A stretch of 63,187 nucleotides of DNA from Corallococcus exiguus. GTDB lineage: Bacteria; Myxococcota; Myxococcia; Myxococcales; Myxococcaceae. Position 1 is the stretch's first letter. The number at the start of each line of letters is the position of its first letter. A model generated the notes under the pieces. The model ran no database searches and was not told the DNA's origin. It saw only the letters and a list, made by a program, of their open reading frames with translations. Shown in pieces: positions 27,453-35,975 of the stretch. The translations under genes and the position numbers were made by a program. The DNA lies in assembly GCF_012985275.1 (NCBI RefSeq), contig NZ_JABEKY010000003.1; one strand, given 5' to 3'.

Positions 27453-30400
27453 CGCAGCCCTCCGCACACCTGCACGGTGAGGACGCCTTCCGAACCCGGC
27501 CAGTAACCACCCCGAGCGGTGGCCACCTCGTCGGGTCCAATGGGAATGACGCCCGCCTCCAGCCGCTCCTGCGATTGGGGCTCCAGCCGGCGAAAGCGCT
27601 TCACCCGCACCGCCGTTACGCCCGGGACGCGCAGCACCGCCTGGTACAGGTCCGCGAGCTGCACGTCGCCGTTCAGGCCAGAGCGGTCCGGATCCAACAG
27701 GCCGCCGTCCCCCGCGATGGCGCCCACCACCGCGCCGCGCACCTGGTCGGCCTGCGCATGCGGCGCGGCATCCACCTCCAGGTCCAAGTCGAGCGGCACC
27801 CATTTTGGCGGCAGCGCTTCCACGTCCACGCCCAGCAGGCGGATCTCCTCCAGGCGACTGCGCACCCCCGCCCATCGGCGCAGCAGCTCGTCGCGGTCGA
27901 GCGTGTCCTCGTCGCGCAGCAACACCGTCACGCGGATGACCGTGCGCAGGTCCCGGTCCACGGCGCGCGCCGAAGCCCCCGCCACTTCCGGCATCTGCTG
28001 GAGCATCCGCACGTAGTCGTCGACCGTGACGGCGGACAGCGGCTGCGACACGCCAGCCGGTGCGCGGTAGCGAATGGAGTCGAGCGACTCCGCGTCGCGT
28101 CCCTCCACCGCGGGCAGCGGATTATCCACGCGCACCAACGCGCGCACGTCGTCCATCGATTGGGCCAGCAGCTCACCCGCGGACGCGGAGCGCTGCGGAT
28201 CCAACGGCACCTGGAGCAGCCGCGTGAGCACGCCCTCCCCCACGTTGGCCGCTGTCCCCAGCCCTACGCGCAGCGACAGTCCCAGCGTCGTCTCCCGGGG
28301 CGGAAGCACGGCGCCGTTGACGCCGTCGCCCCAGCGCAGGCTGGCGCCGCCCGTGGGGGTCGCGCGCAGCACGAACACCTCATCCCCCGGCCCCTGCACG
28401 GACAGGTCGTCCACCAGCGTCCAGGGGTCGTCCTCCACGCTCACCTGGAGCTGGGGCGTCCCGCGCCGCGACGTCTCCTCCGGCAGTGGATACCCAAAGG
28501 CCTGGACGCTGACCGGATGGAACGGCAGGGCGAACTCGCGCTCCTCGCTGCCGTCCACGACCGGGGACAGCAACGCGCGCCACTGCGCGAGGCCGCGCGC
28601 GAAGGGCTCAGCGGAGTCCGCCTCGGAGCCCTCTGGAAGCGGAGTCACCGGCAGCCCGTGATGCGCGGGCACCACGTTGCCCAGCACCGTCGCGCGAGGC
28701 CCAGGTGCGGGGTCTCCCGGCGCCAGGAACACCTCCGGCGCGAACCTGCGGGGATCCCACCCGACAAAGGTCGTATCGGTGGCGAGCGCCACGGAGGTCA
28801 CTCGCACCACGTGCCCGCTCTCGCCGCGGCCCCGGTAGAGGATCAGCCAACGGCCGGGCTCCAGCTCCGGGTACAGACCCGCGAGCGTGGCGCCCGTGTC
28901 CCCCAACTGCACGGACTCCGCGAGCGTCACGATCTCCAGCCGGGGGAAGTACGACAGGGGCGACTCAGTGACGAACACCAGCGAGTGCTCGTCCGTGGAG
29001 ACATTCGCCACCAGCGTTTCAGCGGGAATCTCCAGCACGCCGCCACCGGTGAGGAACTCCAGCGCGGTGGTGCCGGGCGGAAGCACCGACAGGTTCAGTT
29101 CATCCAACCGCGCCTTCACCAGCGCCGCGAGCGCCTCCGGATCCAGCCGGAACCGCAGCATCACCGTGGCGGAGAGCCCAGGATCCGGCACGTAATCCAG
29201 TCCGCGCGCATGGTCCTCCACGGAGCGCCGCAGCCGAGCATCCTCCAGGAAGCCCTCCACCACCGCGCGCTCCTGCTGGTACGCCAGCGAGTCGAGCTGC
29301 GCGGCAACGGCCTCCAGCAACATGGTCGTGAAGTCCGCGAGCCCCCGGTCCTCCCACGGCGCCATCACCGTGCGAGCCCGCTCCAGCATCACCGCCAGCA
29401 GCGACTGCGCGTCGCGAGCCTGGTAGTCCACCAGCGCGCCAGTCGCCGGCCGCTCCGGGGCCGCGAGCCACGGACGCGGCTGAGGATCCCGCACGTCACA
29501 TCCCGGCACCACATCCGGAGCCCACGCGCCAATGAATGGCGCCGGGTCGCGAGGACCATCGCCCGGAACCGGCACCGCCGCGCGCGAGATGGCCGCATCC
29601 GGGACCAGCCGCAGGTCCACGGTCTCCGGGGGCGGCAGGCCGCCACTGAGCAACACTGGGGGAATCTCCGGAGTTCCCGGCGTCCGGTATGGCAGGGGCA
29701 CCACCTCCAGGAACGGCGGGGCCGCGCCCTGAGCGAACAGTGCGAGAGAGGCGGACAGCTCCGCGTCCGGCTCCAGCACGAACGGCGCGCCCACGATGGC
29801 CGTGAAGAGCGAGTCGTAGGCGCGAATCTCCCCGGGCCCCAGCCGCAGCCCATGCGCATGCCGGTGCCAGGTGAGCTGCGCGAGCAACAGCTGTTCCGCC
29901 TGGAGCCAGCCCGCGTGCACCGACGTCCAGGCCTCGGTGCGTCGCACCAGCGCCGTGCGCAGTCCGCCCTCCAGTTGCAACGCGGTGCCGGTGATGACGA
30001 AGAGGGAGCAGTCCTCGACGGCGATCTCCCCCGGCGTGCCCACGTCCAGCACCGGCTCCAGGCCACCCAGCGGCGCGGCCACGTGCAGTCCCACGACGTC
30101 CGCATCGGTGGGAAACGCAGGCAGCGTCAGCGGCCCCACGACCGAAGCAGACAGTGCATCCAACGCGGCGATGAGCCAGTCCGACCAGGACGCCTCGGGC
30201 TGCGCGGACACCGGAACAGGCGCCGCTGACACACGGCTCACCTCCACGTCACGAACCACCACCGGCTCCAGCGAAGGTCCCCCCAGCACCCGCATGCCCG
30301 TGGCGCGCGTTCCGGCGGAGACATCCTCCACCTGGCCCATGGCCACTTCGATGCTCCGCCCGCCCAGCGCGAGCACGCCCATCGGGAACCCGCCCTGCAC

Positions 30401-31216
30401 CCGCTGCACGGTGAAGCCACGCACCTGGAGCGCGCCCGCCGAGGCCACCAAGAGCCCGATGCTCCACTGCACCCCGAACGCATCCACCTCGCTCACGGAC
30501 ACGTCCACCATGGACAGGCCGTCACCCTCCTCCCGAGCCACCAGCACCCGCGCGCCGGTCGCGTTCGGCCCGGAGACCTGCGACACCGTGAGCCCGGACA
30601 GGTCCGCGCGGGTGAAGCCCGCCAGCTCCAGGCCCACGCCCATCTCCATGCCCATGACGTTGCGCACCGCCACGTCCGCCCACTGCGAACGCTGACAGAC
30701 CGCCCGCACTCCAAAGGCATCCCCCGCCGTGGCCCGCACGCCGTCCACGGACAGGCCCGTGACGCGGGCCTCCGTCGCCAGCAACCGGAGCCCCGTCGCC
30801 ACTTCGCCCTTCGCCTGCGTCACCGTGAGCGAGTCGATGACCACCGTGCCGTCCGGCGTCTCCACGCTCACCGCCGCGCAATCCCCTGACGCCGTGGCGC
30901 TCACCGTGACGTCCGACACCTCCACCCGCGTCCCCAGGAGGACCAGCCCTGCGTCCAACGCCACCACCGTCACACCCGACAGTCCGGTGACGATCCCCGT
31001 GACTTCGAGCGTCCCGCCGTCGAGCCGCAGCGTCACGCCCGGACCGCCCGTGAGCCGCAGGGCGTGCACGGGCGTGCCGATGACGAAGTTCGAGGTGAGC
31101 ACGCCCTCGCCCACGGGCAGCACCCACTCCACCTCGCCCGGCGGCGTGGTCTCCAACGCGGCCTGCGCCTCCGCGAGCGACGCCTCCAGCGGCAATGTCA
31201 GGACCCGCGCGCTCAC
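27449..31216 (-). CDS. baseplate J-like (gp6-like) protein, first paralog (1255 aa)
   Basis: GTG start overlapping the gp25-like stop as GTGA, with GGAGG 7 nt upstream. The C-terminus GRDAESLDSIRYRAPAGVSQPLSAVTVDDY...VQLADLYQAVLRVPGVTAVRV is the Baseplate_J signature. The N-terminal 161 codons of the longer ORF (31217..31699, overlapping the gp25-like gene) are Gly/Arg-rich and were excluded. Confidence 0.75.
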   Translation of the reverse strand: MSARVLTLPLEASLAEAQAALETTPPGEVEWVLPVGEGVLTSNFVIGTPVHALRLTGGPGVTLRLDGGTLEVTGIVTGLSGVTVVALDAGLVLLGTRVEVSDVTVSATASGDCAAVSVETPDGTVVIDSLTVTQAKGEVATGLRLLATEARVTGLSVDGVRATAGDAFGVRAVCQRSQWADVAVRNVMGMEMGVGLELAGFTRADLSGLTVSQVSGPNATGARVLVAREEGDGLSMVDVSVSEVDAFGVQWSIGLLVASAGALQVRGFTVQRVQGGFPMGVLALGGRSIEVAMGQVEDVSAGTRATGMRVLGGPSLEPVVVRDVEVSRVSAAPVPVSAQPEASWSDWLIAALDALSASVVGPLTLPAFPTDADVVGLHVAAPLGGLEPVLDVGTPGEIAVEDCSLFVITGTALQLEGGLRTALVRRTEAWTSVHAGWLQAEQLLLAQLTWHRHAHGLRLGPGEIRAYDSLFTAIVGAPFVLEPDAELSASLALFAQGAAPPFLEVVPLPYRTPGTPEIPPVLLSGGLPPPETVDLRLVPDAAISRAAVPVPGDGPRDPAPFIGAWAPDVVPGCDVRDPQPRPWLAAPERPATGALVDYQARDAQSLLAVMLERARTVMAPWEDRGLADFTTMLLEAVAAQLDSLAYQQERAVVEGFLEDARLRRSVEDHARGLDYVPDPGLSATVMLRFRLDPEALAALVKARLDELNLSVLPPGTTALEFLTGGGVLEIPAETLVANVSTDEHSLVFVTESPLSYFPRLEIVTLAESVQLGDTGATLAGLYPELEPGRWLILYRGRGESGHVVRVTSVALATDTTFVGWDPRRFAPEVFLAPGDPAPGPRATVLGNVVPAHHGLPVTPLPEGSEADSAEPFARGLAQWRALLSPVVDGSEEREFALPFHPVSVQAFGYPLPEETSRRGTPQLQVSVEDDPWTLVDDLSVQGPGDEVFVLRATPTGGASLRWGDGVNGAVLPPRETTLGLSLRVGLGTAANVGEGVLTRLLQVPLDPQRSASAGELLAQSMDDVRALVRVDNPLPAVEGRDAESLDSIRYRAPAGVSQPLSAVTVDDYVRMLQQMPEVAGASARAVDRDLRTVIRVTVLLRDEDTLDRDELLRRWAGVRSRLEEIRLLGVDVEALPPKWVPLDLDLEVDAAPHAQADQVRGAVVGAIAGDGGLLDPDRSGLNGDVQLADLYQAVLRVPGVTAVRVKRFRRLEPQSQERLEAGVIPIGPDEVATARGGYWPGSEGVLTVQVCGGLR

Positions 31217-31590
31217 GGCGGCGCCTCCAGGTCCCGGCGGAACAGCTCCGCGTGTTCCTCGCCCGTCGCCAGCAGCGTGTAGAGGATGTCCACGTAGAGC
31301 GTCGCGTCCTCGGCGCTCACCTTCACCGCGTCCAGGCGCACCTGGTCGCGCATGAACTCCTGCACGTTGAGGCGGATGATGTACTCGGTCGTGGCGGCGG
31401 CCTCCGGGCTCGCGGCGCCGAACACCATCCGCTGCACGCCGCACCCGAAGCGCGGCCGGTTCACCCGCTCCCCGGGCAGCGTGAAGAGCAACTGCTCCAA
31501 CTGCTGACGGATGACCTGCGAGGGCCCCACCGTGCGCGGCGTGCCCAGGTCTCCCAACTGGAAGGGGAAGTGCAGGCCGCGCCCCATCAC
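31213..31590 (-). CDS. baseplate wedge protein, gp25/gpW-like (GPW_gp25 family)
   Basis: 125 aa. MMGRGLHFPFQLGD...VIRQQLEQLLFTLPGERVNRPRFGCGVQRMVFGAASPE...YIIRLNVQEF matches the gp25-like lysozyme-fold family. ATGA overlap with the gpD-like gene. Confidence 0.85.
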   Translation of the reverse strand: MMGRGLHFPFQLGDLGTPRTVGPSQVIRQQLEQLLFTLPGERVNRPRFGCGVQRMVFGAASPEAAATTEYIIRLNVQEFMRDQVRLDAVKVSAEDATLYVDILYTLLATGEEHAELFRRDLEAPP

Positions 31591-32774
31591 GCCACCCCGT
31601 TGAGCGCGTCACGCGCCAGGTCGACGTCCACCTCGTAGCGGGCCAGCGCCTCCGCCCACACCCAGCGGTGCCGCGCGCCGCGCACGTACCAGGTGCCATC
31701 CATCAGCTTGCCCGCTCCCACGAGCCCCACCGGACGCCGGGCGCGGAGGATGCGCTCGTAGCGCAGGCCCTGCACCGTGCCGTTCGCCTCCGCCAGCCAA
31801 TCCGCCTCGCGGTAGTCCGACCACGCCAGGTTCTCCACCTCCGGCACGTCGTGCGGCACGTCCACGTACTGCAGGCCCACCGCCTTCGTCTGGGGCCGCT
31901 TCGGGAGTACCGCCGCCATGCGCGCCTTCAGGATGTCCGCGCGGCTTGTGGGCCCCATGCGTGGGAAACGCGGCGCCGTCACCGTGGCGGAGCGGATCCG
32001 CCTCGTACGCTCGTCGATGTGCTCGCCATGCAGCTCCGTGGGGCGGTGGCTCTCCCAGCGCGCCTTGAGCTCGATGACGGTCGGCGTGGAGCGCGGAATG
32101 AGCGACAGGTCCGGCTGCTTCGGACCATTTGGCCGGGGCAGGTGGAAGTGGCCCACGCTCTCCGGCGCCGCGTTGGCGCCCGCGCCCACCGGCCCCTGCT
32201 TGCGCTCCACGAAGACCTCGAAGCCGTTGCGCCGCGCGAGCCACCGGAGGAGCGATGCATCCGTGCCGCGCTGGAGCACCACCGCCCGCGCCGGGTCTCG
32301 CACGGGCGCCGTCTCCTGCACGTCCAACGCGAAGCCGTATTCACCGTACAGCTGCCGCACGATGCCAGCGTCGGACAGGCCACTGAACGAGCGCGTGCGC
32401 TCCTCCAGGTGCATCAGGCACGACGCGTCCAGCCCGTACACCTCCAGCGACGAGTCCGGCATGCGCGAGGGGCCGAAGTACGGCTCCACCGCGGTGATGT
32501 AGCCGTCGAACACCACCTCCTGCACGTCCGGCGCCTCGCTGTCCGGAGCGCCCAGCCCGAAGCTGATGGTGACGCGCTTGAGCAGCGCGAAGCGCCCGTC
32601 CGCCAGCGCGTCCCAGTCCCCCGAGTCCGTGGGCGCCATGTCCAGGGACAGGTGGAAGGAGGACGCGTCGTCGGTGCGCTCGTCCACCTCCAGGCGCGAC
32701 ACCCGGCCGCGGGCGTCCGTCATGGGCTGCCCGTCGATCCACAGCTGGAGGAACGCCGCGCGCTGATCCGCCAT
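31587..32774 (-). CDS. baseplate hub protein, P2 gpD-like (Phage_GPD / gp27-like)
   Basis: Internal ATG (MADQRAAFLQLWIDG), overlapping the LysM gene stop as TGATG. The C-terminus GLVGAGKLMDGTWYVRGARHRWVW plus SLLRWLARRNGFEVFV match the gpD family. Confidence 0.75.
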   Translation of the reverse strand: MADQRAAFLQLWIDGQPMTDARGRVSRLEVDERTDDASSFHLSLDMAPTDSGDWDALADGRFALLKRVTISFGLGAPDSEAPDVQEVVFDGYITAVEPYFGPSRMPDSSLEVYGLDASCLMHLEERTRSFSGLSDAGIVRQLYGEYGFALDVQETAPVRDPARAVVLQRGTDASLLRWLARRNGFEVFVERKQGPVGAGANAAPESVGHFHLPRPNGPKQPDLSLIPRSTPTVIELKARWESHRPTELHGEHIDERTRRIRSATVTAPRFPRMGPTSRADILKARMAAVLPKRPQTKAVGLQYVDVPHDVPEVENLAWSDYREADWLAEANGTVQGLRYERILRARRPVGLVGAGKLMDGTWYVRGARHRWVWAEALARYEVDVDLARDALNGVA

Positions 32775-33052
32775 CAGGGCTTCTCCGGGATGAACAGCAC
32801 CGTGCCCGGCTCCAGGAGCGCCTCGGGCTCGAAGGTGGGGTTGGCGTCCACGATGCGCCACGCCTGGTACGGGTCGCTGAAGTAGCGCTGCGCGAGCAGG
32901 TCCAACCGGTCCCCCGCCACCACCTTGTGCAACAGGGACGTGGGCACGCTCGGCGCCACGCGGGGCACGTACAGCGACACCGTGGCGCCCTCCGGGCCCA
33001 GCGGCACGGCGTACGTCGGCAGGTCCTTGTGTCGCGAGGAAGGGTCGCTCAT
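32774..33052 (-). CDS. LysM-domain protein (92 aa), P2 gpX-like
   Basis: HKVVAGDRLDLLAQRYFSDPYQAWRIVDANP is a LysM-type motif. Small stand-alone gene immediately upstream of the gpD-like hub. Confidence 0.7.
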   Translation of the reverse strand: MSDPSSRHKDLPTYAVPLGPEGATVSLYVPRVAPSVPTSLLHKVVAGDRLDLLAQRYFSDPYQAWRIVDANPTFEPEALLEPGTVLFIPEKP

Positions 33053-33062
33053 GGCCGTCTCT

Positions 33063-33791
33063 TCAGCTCGCCCCGTTGAGCTTCACCTGCGGCGCCAGGG
33101 CCTGCGCGATGAGGGTGCTCGCGTCCGCGCCCTTCACCGCCGCCAGGTCCTCCATCCGCAGGCGCTGGTCGCGCAGGTTCGCGAACGCCTGCTCCACCTT
33201 GCTGTTCGCCGCGTTCTCCCCCACCTCCAGGATGCGCATGCGCAGGTCCACCTCCGCGCGCAGCGGGAACAACGCCGGGTCGAAGCGCTGCTCCACGATG
33301 GTCATCCCGGTGATGACCACCGGGAAGGTGCGCGGCCCCAGCATCAAGAGCAGCTCCGTGGGGTTGAGCGAGACGAGCTTCGTCGCGGGCTTCTTCTCCT
33401 CGTCCCCCGTCTGGTCCTTGCCCAGCGCCATGCCCTCCAGCATGGCCAGCTCCGGCAGCACGCCCTGGATGCCCTCCCCCTTCGTGTCGCGCAGCAGCGC
33501 CTCCGTCACGTCGAAGACGAGCTTCAGGGCAATGGTCTCGCTCTTGGCGTGCAGGCCGCCGCCGCGCTGACCATCGGTGAGGATCTTGGTCTGCTCGGGC
33601 GTCTTGCCGGGCTTCGTCTCCCACTGGCCCGCACGCGTGCGCGTCACCGTCTCCGGGTTGTACTGGAAGCGCAGCGCGATCACGCCCGACGCGGCCTTCG
33701 GGTCGGCGGACGACGGCGGCAGCGTCACCAGCATGCCCTTCTGGAGCTGCTGATCGAACGCGATGAGCGTCGGATCCAGGTTGCGCGTCAT
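33063..33791 (-). CDS. conserved contractile-tail protein (242 aa), possibly tube-initiator-like or tape-measure-like
   Basis: Internal ATG (MTRNLDPTLIAFDQQ) overlapping the stop of the 70-aa gene as ATGA. Beta-rich N-terminus (VIALRFQYNPETVTRTRAGQWE) and helical C-terminus. Function inferred from position only. Confidence 0.5.
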   Translation of the reverse strand: MTRNLDPTLIAFDQQLQKGMLVTLPPSSADPKAASGVIALRFQYNPETVTRTRAGQWETKPGKTPEQTKILTDGQRGGGLHAKSETIALKLVFDVTEALLRDTKGEGIQGVLPELAMLEGMALGKDQTGDEEKKPATKLVSLNPTELLLMLGPRTFPVVITGMTIVEQRFDPALFPLRAEVDLRMRILEVGENAANSKVEQAFANLRDQRLRMEDLAAVKGADASTLIAQALAPQVKLNGAS

Positions 33792-34000
33792 CCATTGCCC
33801 CGAGCGCCGGGCGGCTCGCGCTGAGCGAGGCTCCGGGCAATGGCTTCGTTGTTCTTGTCCATCAGCGCCACCACCGTCTGGGTGAACAGCTTCACGAACT
33901 CCTTGGGGTTGTCCGGGACGCTGCGCAGCATCCACGCGAGCTCACGCTCCATCTCGCGGCGAGTGAGTCCGACCTGTCCTTGCACCGGGGGTGGGGCCAT
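33788..34000 (-). CDS. small hypothetical protein (70 aa)
   Basis: ORF between the 291-aa and 242-aa genes, ATGA-coupled to the latter. Helical REMERELAWMLRSVPDNPKEFVKLF. Confidence 0.45.
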   Translation of the reverse strand: MAPPPVQGQVGLTRREMERELAWMLRSVPDNPKEFVKLFTQTVVALMDKNNEAIARSLAQREPPGARGNG

Positions 34001-34018
34001 GGCGTGCGCGTCCTCTCG

Positions 34019-34894
34019 TCAGCTCCAGCCATCCACCAGCGGACGGCCTTCCAGCTCGTTGCGAAGCAGCTCCAGGTAGCGCCACCGCCTGGCCCGAGGC
34101 AGGGCCAGGATGTCCGCCTCCGACCAGTGGTAGTGGAAGGCCAGCACGTGCACCTCCGTCTCCAATCGCGCCGCCCCACCCCGCAGCTCGCGAGCCAGCA
34201 GCGCGAACGGATCCAGCTCCAGCTCCAACCACGCGGAGCACTTCGGGCAGCGCGCCAGCAGCCCCAGGTCCGGAGCGCTCGTGCCGTCCGCCAACGCCAG
34301 CGCCACCGCGTGCCGTGAGCGCGCGGGCAGGGCCAGCCACGCGGAAGGCGTCAGCGTCTGCCCATCCACCACCACCAGCCGCGACCACAGGAGCGCGGAC
34401 CGCTCCGCCCGCGTGCCATGCACTTCCGCGAGCAGCGCGTCGTCCTCGCCCGTGGGCTCGCGCACCTCCGCCCGTCCCTCCGGCAGCGCCACGGTGAGCA
34501 CCTCCGGCGCCGCGTCCACCCGCTCCGGCGAGAGCGCGGAGAGCCGCACGTCCACGTCCGCCATCGCCTCGCATCCGGGCGCGGGGCAGCGCGCCACCAG
34601 CGTCGCCCGGTCCCCGTACATCCGGGCCCGCAGGTGCAGCGCCACGTGGTGCCTGTCTCCGCGCGTGAGGCAGGCCGCCAGCTCCGCGTCCACGCACGCG
34701 TAGTCCCCCAACCGTCCCAGACACGCCGCCAGCCACCCGCTCACCGCGCGCGGGCCGGGACGCTCGCCGGCCTGGGCCAGCGCCCACTCCTCGCGGCCGG
34801 TGAGCGGGCGCAGATCGCCCTGGCGGTGACAGCGGCCGTCCTCGTCGAAGAGGCCGTGCGGCAGCAGCACCGGGATGGGAGGTTCCAGGAGCAC
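34019..34894 (-). CDS. hypothetical Cys4 (CPAPGC...CPKC) protein (291 aa) of the contractile-tail operon
   Basis: Starts 2 nt after the tube-2 stop. Two CxxC-type pairs suggest a zinc ribbon. No other motif. Confidence 0.55.
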   Translation of the reverse strand: MLLEPPIPVLLPHGLFDEDGRCHRQGDLRPLTGREEWALAQAGERPGPRAVSGWLAACLGRLGDYACVDAELAACLTRGDRHHVALHLRARMYGDRATLVARCPAPGCEAMADVDVRLSALSPERVDAAPEVLTVALPEGRAEVREPTGEDDALLAEVHGTRAERSALLWSRLVVVDGQTLTPSAWLALPARSRHAVALALADGTSAPDLGLLARCPKCSAWLELELDPFALLARELRGGAARLETEVHVLAFHYHWSEADILALPRARRWRYLELLRNELEGRPLVDGWS

Positions 34895-34895
34895 G

Positions 34896-35387
34896 TCAGA
34901 CCACCGGCTCCAGCGTGAAGCCCTCGTGCTGGACCTCCAGGGACTCGATGAGGATCTCGTTCGCCTCCGCGGCCAGCTCCGACATCGCGGTGAACTTCGA
35001 GACCCACGCGTTGCGCAGCACGAACTTCTTCACCGCGCGGTTGAAGTCCAGGTCGAAGACGAGAATCTCCACGGTGCGCCGGAAGTCCGGCTCCGCCGAG
35101 CGGAAACCGGGCGTGGCTTCATGGCGGATGAGCTGGGTGGCCCAGTCCCGGAACGTCGTGTCCTGGGTGAGGCCCGCCTCCAGCGTGAGGGGCTCGTAGT
35201 GCACGCGGCCCGGGGACAGCTCGTCCACGGAGGACGGGCTGTTGCCGGAGCGGAACTTCACCACCTCCACGGTGCCGGTGATGCCGGAAATCTTCCGGCA
35301 CGCGGCCACCTCGATGTTGTTGAAGAGCACGCGGAAGTTGAAGTTGCGGTACGGGTCACGCTTCGTGGATTCGACGAATCGGGGCAT
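34896..35387 (-). CDS. tail tube protein paralog 2 (gp19/Afp1-like)
   Basis: 163 aa. PYRNFNFRVLF...VAACRKISGITGTVEVVKFRSGN...HYEPLTLEAGLT matches the eCIS/T4 gp19 tube family. Paralogous to the gene at 35412..35975. Confidence 0.8.
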   Translation of the reverse strand: MPRFVESTKRDPYRNFNFRVLFNNIEVAACRKISGITGTVEVVKFRSGNSPSSVDELSPGRVHYEPLTLEAGLTQDTTFRDWATQLIRHEATPGFRSAEPDFRRTVEILVFDLDFNRAVKKFVLRNAWVSKFTAMSELAAEANEILIESLEVQHEGFTLEPVV

Positions 35388-35411
35388 GGCTTCACTCCTC
35401 GAATGGGGACG

Positions 35412-35975
35412 TCAGGGCGTCGGGAGGCTCGTCGCGGGCATGGACAGCACGGGCCGTGGCACCGGCTCCCAGCCCTCGTGGGTGAGCTCCAGCGTCAGGA
35501 GCGCCACCTCGCCCGCCATGGCGTCCAGCTTGGGCAGGGCGTGGAACTTGCTCACCCACGCGTTGTGCACGTGGAAGCTGCGGATGCGCGCCTCCATGCC
35601 TCCGGGCGGCGGCACGTCCGTGGGGTGCGCGTAGGCGTCCCATACGTCGATGAAGAGGTCGCGCTTCACCGGCTCGCCGGGCGCCTTGCCGGTGCGCGCG
35701 AACTCCAGCACCGCGCGCGCCCAGCGCTCCAGCGTGTCGTCCAGCGCCAGCCCCTGCTCCAGCACGAGCGGCTCCCAGTTCACCTTGTGGGGCTGGGCGT
35801 ACCGGTGCAGGTTGTTGCCGCCCTCCCACGTCTCATAGGCACCCACGCTGACGGACAGGCCGGACACGGTGCGCACTCCCGCCACGTAGTCGCCGGCCGC
35901 GGATGTGCTCATCCGGAGCCGGAACTGGAAGGTCCGCAGCGGGTTGCGGGCGTTGGCGGGGACGGGCGTGGGCAT
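35412..35975 (-). CDS. tail tube protein paralog 1 (gp19/Afp1-like)
   Basis: 187 aa from the internal ATG. RTFQFRLRMSTS...VAGVRTVSGLSVSVGAYETWEGGNNLHRYAQPHKVNWEPLVLEQGLA matches the tube family. The start overlaps the sheath stop (TGATG). Confidence 0.85.
   Translation of the reverse strand: MPTPVPANARNPLRTFQFRLRMSTSAAGDYVAGVRTVSGLSVSVGAYETWEGGNNLHRYAQPHKVNWEPLVLEQGLALDDTLERWARAVLEFARTGKAPGEPVKRDLFIDVWDAYAHPTDVPPPGGMEARIRSFHVHNAWVSKFHALPKLDAMAGEVALLTLELTHEGWEPVPRPVLSMPATSLPTP

Noticed and set aside
27575-30229. 884-aa plus-strand ORF and other plus ORFs opposite the J-like genes; also the 815-aa plus ORF at 35903..38350 opposite the sheath
   Set aside because: They are antisense to genes with clear family signatures, and their products are Arg/His/Gly-rich and non-proteinaceous.
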